This document shows positions 56,931 to 64,000 of a stretch of DNA of 64,000 bases, piece after piece. The translations under genes were made by a program, and so were the position numbers. The notes under the pieces are model-generated. The model was not told the origin of the DNA. It was given only the letters and a program-made list of their open reading frames with translations, and searched no databases. Source of the DNA: Candidatus Omnitrophota bacterium (GTDB taxonomy: Bacteria; Omnitrophota; Gorgyraeia; Tantalellales; Tantalellaceae); NCBI GenBank assembly GCA_043812935.1, contig JBDRLO010000059.1, positions 929 to 64,928 of the forward strand. Direction: 5' to 3'. How positions within the stretch are numbered: the stretch's first letter is position 1; each line of letters opens with the position of its first letter.

Positions 56931-57596
56931 TCATTTCCCTCCTGTTTTATGATAAAACTTATTTACAAATTTAACCATTTCTTTTGGATCGTCAATTGAT
57001 TTAAATATTGTTAAATCCTTTTTTTCGATTGTATCATGCCCCAGGCAAACATCTTGTATCCATTCAAGCATGCCTTTCCAATAACTCTTCCCAACCAATA
57101 TTACGGGAAACGCGTCTACTCTTTTTGTCTGAACAAGCGCCAGCGCCTCAAAAAATTCATCAAGCGTTCCGAATCCACCCGGAAAGACCAAAAAAGCTTT
57201 ACTGTATTTCGCAAACATAAGTTTTCTTACAAAAAAATACCTGAATTCCAAAGGAAGCGTAACATAATCATTAATTTTCTGATCAAGCGGAATTGTAATA
57301 TTCAGCCCGATAGATTTACCACCCGCTTCTTTTGCTCCTTTATTTGCCGCTTCCATAATACCTCTACCAGCGCCTGTAATAACAGCGTATCCGTTTTTTG
57401 CAAACACTTGAGCAGTACGTTCCGCTAAACTATAAAATTTGTTTTTTTTTGACATCCGCGCTGATCCGAATATACTGACGGCAGCTTTGCCGACATCACG
57501 AAAAGTTTCAAACCCGTCAACGAATTCACTCATTATTCTAAAAACGCGCCATGGATCTTCTAAAAGCAAATCTTGTTTTTCAATTTGTTTTTTCAC
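56931..57596 (-). CDS. LOG / TIGR00730 family protein (nucleotide 5'-monophosphate nucleosidase-like)
   Basis: 221 aa. TGAGRGIMEAANKGA and PGGFGTLDEFFE motifs. Confidence 0.9.
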   Translation of the reverse strand: MKKQIEKQDLLLEDPWRVFRIMSEFVDGFETFRDVGKAAVSIFGSARMSKKNKFYSLAERTAQVFAKNGYAVITGAGRGIMEAANKGAKEAGGKSIGLNITIPLDQKINDYVTLPLEFRYFFVRKLMFAKYSKAFLVFPGGFGTLDEFFEALALVQTKRVDAFPVILVGKSYWKGMLEWIQDVCLGHDTIEKKDLTIFKSIDDPKEMVKFVNKFYHKTGGK

Positions 57597-57619
57597 CTTA
57601 TCTCCTCCAGTGGTTTATT

Positions 57620-58423
57620 CTAAATAATATTTTCTTCAGTGTATTTTACTCCATTATCAAAAATTTTCAGACCAATACCCGGTTCGGATTTATTTTCATC
57701 ATTCCGCCGCCAATTCGGATGCTGAAGATATGAAATATGCCTTTCAGGATGAGGCATCATACCGAGAATTCTACCTGTAGTATCGCATATACCGGCAATA
57801 TCATCAATAGAGCCATTTGGATTATACGGCACGCCCGATAATGTCCCGGTTTTATCCGTGTACCGAAACACTATCTGTTCATTCTTCTTCAGGATGTCAA
57901 TAATACTTTCATCCTTAGGGATAAATTTACCTTCAGCATGAGCAATAGGCACATCTATAACTTCCGGCAAATCTTTTATCCAGATACATTTATCATTCTT
58001 TGACCTTTTCAGATATACCCATTCCGCATTAAACTTACCCGAATCATTAAGGCTGAGAGTTGCTTCTATCCCGCCATCTTGTTTTCCTCTAGTATCAGGC
58101 AAAAGTCCCATTTTTACAAGCACCTGAAACCCGTTACATATACCAATAACAATTTTACCATCTGAAATAAATTGTAATATCTGATTCTTTAATTTTGATT
58201 TAAGTTCATTAGCAAGTATTTTTCCCGAAGCAACATCATCTCCGTAAGTAAAACCACCTGGTATAGCTAATATCTGGTAATCTCCAAGGTTTTTATCATT
58301 CATTACGAGCGAGTTAATATGTACCAGTTCTGTTTCCGCCCCGCACATCTTAAACGCGTAAGCGGTTTCTTTATCACAATTTGTACCTGCAGTACGTAGA
58401 ATTATAACTTTAGCTTTTTTCAT
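57620..58423 (-). CDS. purQ: FGAM synthase glutaminase subunit PurQ
   Basis: 267 aa. GICNGFQ nucleophile elbow and the HPER histidine region. Confidence 0.9.
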   Translation of the reverse strand: MKKAKVIILRTAGTNCDKETAYAFKMCGAETELVHINSLVMNDKNLGDYQILAIPGGFTYGDDVASGKILANELKSKLKNQILQFISDGKIVIGICNGFQVLVKMGLLPDTRGKQDGGIEATLSLNDSGKFNAEWVYLKRSKNDKCIWIKDLPEVIDVPIAHAEGKFIPKDESIIDILKKNEQIVFRYTDKTGTLSGVPYNPNGSIDDIAGICDTTGRILGMMPHPERHISYLQHPNWRRNDENKSEPGIGLKIFDNGVKYTEENII

Positions 58424-61292
58424 GCATCAACTTTCTAAATGGTTTTTTCCAATATTCTTTAAGTAAATTAATGTCCGCCTCTATAACTTTAGTGTTTTCA
58501 AGACCGTATACAACAAATTCTTTCGTATCGTTCAATGTTCCGATTAACGAAAAAGAAATTTCCTCCATATTTTTTTCAAACACTTCTCTTTTTTCCTGCG
58601 GCACTTCAACAACAAACCTTGAATTTGATTCAGAAAATAAAATAACATCATCTCTGGTGATACTATTTTCCCTTGGAATGTCTTTAAGCCTGATTTCAGC
58701 GCCATATCCCCCCGCAAAAAGCATTTCGCCGATACAAACCGCAAGCCCTCCCTCAGATGAATCATGCGCGGAGACAATAATACCCTCATGAATCGCTTGA
58801 ACTAACGTTTTCATTATTTTCAGAGATTTAACCGGATCAACCTTAGGAACAACACCACCGCGTAAACCTTTTGTTTTAAAATACTGACTGCCTCCCATTT
58901 CCTGAAAGGTGTTTCCTAGAACATACAGCAAATTCCCGGGGCACTTAACATCCGGCGATATTGTTTTCGAAACATCGTCAATCACTCCGATTGCTGATAT
59001 TAATAAAGTCGGTGGAATTGAAATCGTAGTTTCTTCAGCGTTAAACTCGTTATTCAGACTGTCTTTTCCGGAAATAAACGGAGTCCCGTACACTTTAGCC
59101 ATATCATAACAAGCCTGAGCCGCGCGCACAAGACTGCCTAATTGATCAGATTTCTCGGTATTTCCCCAGCAAAAATTGTCTAAAAGCGCGGTTTTTTCGA
59201 CACAACCGCCTACCGCGGCAATCTGACGAAGCGACTCGTCAATTACACTAGCCGCCATCCAATAAGGATCGATATCCCCATAATCCGGATTTATACCGTT
59301 AGACAGTACAATTCCTTTTTTACTGTCAAGAAAAGGCCGGGTTATTGAAGCATCTGCCGGGCCGTCATTATCCGCACCAATAAGAGGTTTTAAAACGCTT
59401 CCGCCCTGCACCTCATGATCATATTGCCTTATAATCCATTCCTTACTGCAAACATTCCAGGATGATAGTACATTTAAAAGATCCTGCGTTAAATCGTTTT
59501 CCATTTTCGGCAATACATTTTTATCCTGCGGTTTTTCTTCCGCAACGGCGGATCTGTCAACACGCGGAATACCGTCATGTATAAACTCCATATCCAAATC
59601 CGCAACTTTGTTAGTGTTATAATACAACTTCAATTTTTTGTCATCCGTAAATTTACCAATTACAGTCGCTTCAACATTTTCAGCATTAAAAATATCCATT
59701 AACGCCTGTAATTTTTCTTCTTTAACAGCTAAAACCATTCTTTCCTGGGCTTCTGAAACCCATATTTCCCATGGATTTAACCCCTGATATTTTAAAGGCG
59801 CTTTCTCAAGATACACTAGAGCCCCAGTTTCTTCCCCCATTTCACCCACTGCGCTGGAAAATCCGCCTGCGCCACAATCCGTAATAGCTTCATACAAACC
59901 AAGATCACGAGCTTTTAATAATGTATCGACAATCTTTTTCTCTGTAATGGGATTCCCTATTTGAACAGCGGAACCGGAACTAATTTCAGACTCAGAAGTA
60001 AGTTCCGCTGAAGAAAATGTGGCTCCATGAATACCGTCACGCCCGGTTCTTCCGCCAACCGTAACAATAAGATCGCCCGGAGAAACTTTTTTAAATGAAC
60101 AGCCTTTAGGCATTATGCCCACGTTACCGCAAAAAACAAGAGGGTTACCCGTATATCTTTCATCAAAACAAACCGCCCCGTTAACCGTGGGAATACCCAT
60201 TTTATTTCCATAATCACGAACACCTGATACCACGCCTTTGAGAACCCTTTTGGGATGTAAAGCACCTTTTGGAACAGAAGAAACCTTCATGTCCGGAATT
60301 CCAAAACAAAAAACATCCGTATTAATTATAGGCTTAGCACCAAGCCCTGTACCCATCGGATCCCGGATAACCCCACCAATACCGGTTTCCGCACCGCCAT
60401 ACGGTTCAAGCGCTGAAGGATGATTGTGTGTTTCCACTTTAAAACATATATTATGTTCTGAATCAAATTCTATAATACCAGCATTATCCTTAAAAACCGA
60501 AATACACCATGGTTTATTCAACTCTTCAGTTACTTTCATTACTGTTTCTTTAAGAAGGTTTTTTATTTTTCTGCCGTTATAAATAACAGCGCCCATCATT
60601 GTTTTATGTTTACAATGTTCGCTCCATGTCTGCGCAATGGTTTCAAGTTCACAATCCGTAGGGTTCCTCTTAAGTGTCCCGAAATATTGTTTTACGGCTT
60701 TCATCTCAACAAGGCTAAGATAAAGCTGTCCATCCCGGCTTATGCGTTTTAAATCATTATCATCCGCTGACGCAAGATCAACTTCAACACGTTTAAATAT
60801 ATACGGTTTAATTTCGGTCTCTTGCTCTCCGAAAGAAACAACGTGCTGGATAACCTTGTTATATAAAAGCTTCTCCTGTATTTGGAAAAGATCATTTTCG
60901 GAAAGTTCACCATAGATAATATATTTTTTAGATGTTGCGGCTGAAACAATCCCGGATACACCCATATCCCGCGCCGCTTTTATAATACTTTCTTCAACCG
61001 GATCCATAACCCCGGCGTTATATGCAACTTCAACAGCATGAACATCTTTGGACTCTTTAACCTCAAATCCGCCGTTAAAACTATATTCCTGAGAAACTGG
61101 ATCTGTAAGTAAATTTTTTGCAATACAAACGGCTTCTTCAGCCAAAAGATTTCCTCGAAGCGTATATACCTGGATATATTCAACATCTTTAACAGTTTTT
61201 ATACCCAGATCCAGAATGTCTCTTTTTACACCGACACTCACCGCATCATAAATATTCTCTTTATCCCTAACTTCTATTCTAGCGCAATTCAT
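58410..61292 (-). CDS. purL: FGAM synthase PurL with two N-terminal PurS-like modules (PurS-PurS-PurL fusion)
   Basis: 960 aa, about 220 aa longer than small PurL. aa 4-72 and 85-153 each resemble PurS (…NLLTDPVSQEY, …KLLYNKVIQHV). The remainder is typical PurL (WSEHCKH, ETHNHPSA). Confidence 0.9.
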   Translation of the reverse strand: MNCARIEVRDKENIYDAVSVGVKRDILDLGIKTVKDVEYIQVYTLRGNLLAEEAVCIAKNLLTDPVSQEYSFNGGFEVKESKDVHAVEVAYNAGVMDPVEESIIKAARDMGVSGIVSAATSKKYIIYGELSENDLFQIQEKLLYNKVIQHVVSFGEQETEIKPYIFKRVEVDLASADDNDLKRISRDGQLYLSLVEMKAVKQYFGTLKRNPTDCELETIAQTWSEHCKHKTMMGAVIYNGRKIKNLLKETVMKVTEELNKPWCISVFKDNAGIIEFDSEHNICFKVETHNHPSALEPYGGAETGIGGVIRDPMGTGLGAKPIINTDVFCFGIPDMKVSSVPKGALHPKRVLKGVVSGVRDYGNKMGIPTVNGAVCFDERYTGNPLVFCGNVGIMPKGCSFKKVSPGDLIVTVGGRTGRDGIHGATFSSAELTSESEISSGSAVQIGNPITEKKIVDTLLKARDLGLYEAITDCGAGGFSSAVGEMGEETGALVYLEKAPLKYQGLNPWEIWVSEAQERMVLAVKEEKLQALMDIFNAENVEATVIGKFTDDKKLKLYYNTNKVADLDMEFIHDGIPRVDRSAVAEEKPQDKNVLPKMENDLTQDLLNVLSSWNVCSKEWIIRQYDHEVQGGSVLKPLIGADNDGPADASITRPFLDSKKGIVLSNGINPDYGDIDPYWMAASVIDESLRQIAAVGGCVEKTALLDNFCWGNTEKSDQLGSLVRAAQACYDMAKVYGTPFISGKDSLNNEFNAEETTISIPPTLLISAIGVIDDVSKTISPDVKCPGNLLYVLGNTFQEMGGSQYFKTKGLRGGVVPKVDPVKSLKIMKTLVQAIHEGIIVSAHDSSEGGLAVCIGEMLFAGGYGAEIRLKDIPRENSITRDDVILFSESNSRFVVEVPQEKREVFEKNMEEISFSLIGTLNDTKEFVVYGLENTKVIEADINLLKEYWKKPFRKLMHEKS

Positions 61293-61343
61293 CTCATCCT
61301 TTTCTGTGATTTCGTATATTTGTATTAATTTATAACTATATTA

Positions 61344-61420
61344 CGGACAGGCACAGGGGCCTGTCCCTACTCATCATTCCATATATGCAATCCCGGACAG
61401 GCACAGGGGCCTGTCCCTAC
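61344..61420 (-). repeat. Two REP-like units (50 nt apart) between guaA and purL
   Basis: cggacaggcacaggggcctgtccctac occurs at 61344-61370 and 61394-61420. Confidence 0.9.
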
Positions 61421-61427
61421 ATATTTG

Positions 61428-61458
61428 TTTTGTCATTTGAATTTTGTCATTTGTCATT
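61428..61458. repeat. Direct repeat ttttgtcatttg x2 plus tcatt
   Basis: Read directly. Immediately downstream of the guaA stop. Confidence 0.7.
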
Positions 61459-61463
61459 ACTAA

Positions 61464-63005
61464 CTATTCCCATTCAATAGTACTAGGCGGTTTTGAACTT
61501 ATATCATAAACAACTCTGTTTATACCTTCAACCTGATTAATTATCCTGTTAGATATTTCACCGAGCACTTCATACGGAATTTTCGCCCAATCCGCTGTCA
61601 TACCATCTGTACTTGTAACTGCGCGCACTGCAAGCGTATTTTCATAAGTACGGTCGTCTCCCATTACACCTACACTTTTAACAGGCAGAAGCACACCAAA
61701 AATCTGCCATGTTTTATGATAAATGCCGTGTTTTTTAGCCACATCTATTATAATCCAGTCAGCTTCCCGTAAAATATCGAGCCGTTCTTTTGTAACTTCC
61801 CCAATAATACGTACCGCTAACCCCGGCCCGGGAAACGGCTGACGGCCCGTAAGCTCCTTTGCCATACCTAACTCACTGCCGACTTTTCGAACTTCATCTT
61901 TAAATAAATCCCTTAAAGGTTCCACAAGTTTGAGGCCCATTTTTTTCGGAAGCCCGCCTACATTATGATGAGATTTTATGGTTTTACTCGGCCCTCCAAA
62001 AAAAGATTGGGATTCAATTACATCAGGATAAAGCGTCCCCTGCGCCAGAAAATTAACATTTCTAAAACTTTTGGCTTTTTTCTCAAAAACCTTAATAAAC
62101 GTTCTACCTATTATTTTACGTTTTTTTTCCGGATCAGTAACGCCTTTAAGAGCAGTCAAAAATTCTTTTTCAGCTTGGGCAACGTGTAAATCCAGTTTTA
62201 TATTTCTTTTAAATATTTCTTCCACTCTTTCTTTTTCTTTTTTTCGAAGAAGCCCGTTATCCACAAAAATACAATGAAGTTTTTTGCCAAGCGCTTTATG
62301 CAAAAGAACAGCGCTTACGGTTGAATCAACCCCACCGGAAAGCCCTAAAACAACTTCAGAATCTTTAACCTGATCCTGAATATCTTTCACCTTTTTATTT
62401 ATAAACGACTTCATTGTCCATGTTTTTTTGCATTTACATATTGAAAAAAGGAAATTCTTTAAAATCTTGTCGCCTTCTTCAGTATGAACAACTTCCGGAT
62501 GGAACTGAACCCCATAAATATTTTTCTCCAAATTCATAAATGCTGCTGAGAGAGTATCATCGCTTTCCGCGATTATCTGAAAATTTTCAGGAAGTTTTTC
62601 AACCTTATCTCTGTGGCTCATCCATGTAATGCTTTTTGGTTTTAAACCTTTAAAAATATCATTATCCCTTTTAAACCGCACAGAAGTACGGCCGTATTCC
62701 CGTTTACCGCTTTTTTTTATTTTTCCGCCCAAAACTTTGCCAATAACCTGCATGCCGTAACAAATACCTAAAACAGGCACGTTTAAATCAAAGATTCCCG
62801 GATCAAATACCGGAGCATCTTTATCATAAACACTTGACGGGCCGCCTGAAAATATTATACCGCATGGATTAATTTGTTTTATCCTATGAACAGGTACTTT
62901 GGGAGACTCAACTATTGAATGCACACTGTTTTCTCTTATGCGCCGAGCTATAAGCTGTACGTACTGTGAACCAAAATCAATAATTAAAATTCCTTCTTTT
63001 GACAT
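61464..63005 (-). CDS. guaA: GMP synthase (glutamine-hydrolysing)
   Basis: GATase (GICYGMQ) plus ATP-PPase (SGGVDSTV) plus the conserved C-terminus PPSTIEWE. Start moved to [15 protein letters not shown]. Confidence 0.95.
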   Translation of the reverse strand: MSKEGILIIDFGSQYVQLIARRIRENSVHSIVESPKVPVHRIKQINPCGIIFSGGPSSVYDKDAPVFDPGIFDLNVPVLGICYGMQVIGKVLGGKIKKSGKREYGRTSVRFKRDNDIFKGLKPKSITWMSHRDKVEKLPENFQIIAESDDTLSAAFMNLEKNIYGVQFHPEVVHTEEGDKILKNFLFSICKCKKTWTMKSFINKKVKDIQDQVKDSEVVLGLSGGVDSTVSAVLLHKALGKKLHCIFVDNGLLRKKEKERVEEIFKRNIKLDLHVAQAEKEFLTALKGVTDPEKKRKIIGRTFIKVFEKKAKSFRNVNFLAQGTLYPDVIESQSFFGGPSKTIKSHHNVGGLPKKMGLKLVEPLRDLFKDEVRKVGSELGMAKELTGRQPFPGPGLAVRIIGEVTKERLDILREADWIIIDVAKKHGIYHKTWQIFGVLLPVKSVGVMGDDRTYENTLAVRAVTSTDGMTADWAKIPYEVLGEISNRIINQVEGINRVVYDISSKPPSTIEWE

Positions 63006-63037
63006 TTGATTTTGTCCTTTATTTTGCCGCATTAACA

Positions 63038-64000
63038 TTAAATTGCCCCTGAAAACTTTTGCCATTCCTGTTCAAGGTTTTCGTTCCCGGCCCAGTCCAA
63101 AAGATATGTTGTAAACTCTTCGCCTGTCGCTCCGGTATCCCTTCCGGTAATTACAAATTTTTTCTCAAACTGGCAACAGATTTCAAGTGCCTTATCTAAT
63201 CTATCAGCCCTTTCGGGAAAACCAACATGCCTGACAAGCATTGCAGCAGCCCGTATCATTGACGATGGATCCGCGTAAACATCACGGCCTTCATCAACCA
63301 TACGCGGCGCGCTTCCGTGTATAGCTTCAAACATAGCCCATTTCTTGCCTATATTAGCGCTCCCGGCAGTTCCAACCCCGCCTTGAAGCTGCGCCGCTTC
63401 ATCCGTAAGAATATCACCATACAAATTAGGCATAACAAGAACTTCAAAATCTTTGCGCCGTGCGGGATCAATAAGCTTTGCTGTCATGATATCAATATAC
63501 CATTCATCGCACTTTATGCCAAAATCTTTATATTCTTCAGCTATTTGTTTAGCTATCCTGGAAAATTTTCCGTCTGTTGTTTTAACCACATTTGCTTTGG
63601 TAACAACCGTTACTTTTTTGCGGACGTTATTTTTCGCGTATTCAAAAGCTAACCTTATTATTCTTTCAGCGCCTTGTGTTGTTGTTACTTTAAAATCAAG
63701 GCTCAGGTCTTCGCTTACATCTATTCCTCTGGATCCCAAAACATATGCACCTTCGGTGTTTTCCCTAAAAAAACACCAATCAATACCTTCTGAAGGTATT
63801 TTTACAGGGCGTACGTTTGCAAAAAGATCAAGTTCTTTCCGCATCGCGACATTAGCGCTTTCAATATTAGGCCATTTATCACCTGCCTGAGGCGTAGTTG
63901 TGGGGCCCTTTAAAATTACATGGCAGGCCTTTATTTCACGAAGAACATCTGCCGGTATTGCCCTATTATGTTTTACTCTATTTTCAATGGTCAAACCTTC
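63038..64000 (-). CDS. icd: Isocitrate dehydrogenase (isocitrate/isopropylmalate dehydrogenase family), N-terminus outside window
   Basis: [27 protein letters not shown] and LKGPTTTP motifs. The ORF remains open to the window edge; the track start is a TTG artefact. Confidence 0.85.
   Translation of the reverse strand, partial: EGLTIENRVKHNRAIPADVLREIKACHVILKGPTTTPQAGDKWPNIESANVAMRKELDLFANVRPVKIPSEGIDWCFFRENTEGAYVLGSRGIDVSEDLSLDFKVTTTQGAERIIRLAFEYAKNNVRKKVTVVTKANVVKTTDGKFSRIAKQIAEEYKDFGIKCDEWYIDIMTAKLIDPARRKDFEVLVMPNLYGDILTDEAAQLQGGVGTAGSANIGKKWAMFEAIHGSAPRMVDEGRDVYADPSSMIRAAAMLVRHVGFPERADRLDKALEICCQFEKKFVITGRDTGATGEEFTTYLLDWAGNENLEQEWQKFSGAI

Overview
AT-rich bacterial chromosomal segment in which every credible gene (about 55) lies on the minus strand. 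No rRNA, tRNA, CRISPR array, transposase or integrase was seen. In transcription order (high to low coordinates) it holds:
- icd (5' end outside the window), guaA, a PurS-PurS-PurL fusion, purQ, a LOG-family protein and a PilZ receptor.
- A small membrane protein, a Cys-cluster protein, malic enzyme, a NapH-like 4Fe-4S membrane protein and a zinc-ribbon protein.
- A stand-alone 1,789-aa secreted giant protein with eight WD40-like blades.
- A full dcw cluster: mraZ, two small unknown ORFs, rsmH, ftsL-like, ftsI, murE, murF, mraY, murD, ftsW, murG, murC, murB, ddl, ftsQ and a divergent ftsA-like gene. It ends without ftsZ.
- proC-yggT-yggU, mtnP, ileS, a dksA/traR-like gene, lspA, lgt, rluD and aroA.
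- mreBCD-mrdA-rodA and a TIGR03960-type radical SAM gene split by a frameshift in an A10 run.
- A type IV pilus / T2SS-like motor operon: degenerate GGDEF sensor, pilT, stand-alone MshEN domain, two pilB paralogues, an inserted two-gene nucleotidyltransferase module and pilC.
- A second giant secreted protein (>1,300 aa) that runs off the window.

Outside the genes, the intergenic spacers carry an unusual mosaic of repeats. There are GC-rich REP-like hairpins with a GTAG head (about 11 copies, some in 45-54-nt tandem arrays) and a GGGCGGGG/CCCCGCCC hairpin family. There are also tracts of a 7-nt tandem repeat (GTGNAAC on the coding strand, up to 9 units) just upstream of start codons, 8-nt GCCGGTTA tandem repeats, and several long perfect palindromes.

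The best candidates for new biology are the two giant secreted proteins, the ftsZ-less dcw cluster with a degenerate FtsA-like protein, and the heptad/REP repeat system. Taxonomy cannot be assigned from this window. The gene content suggests an uncultivated, low-GC, rod-shaped, peptidoglycan-containing lineage, but that is speculation.
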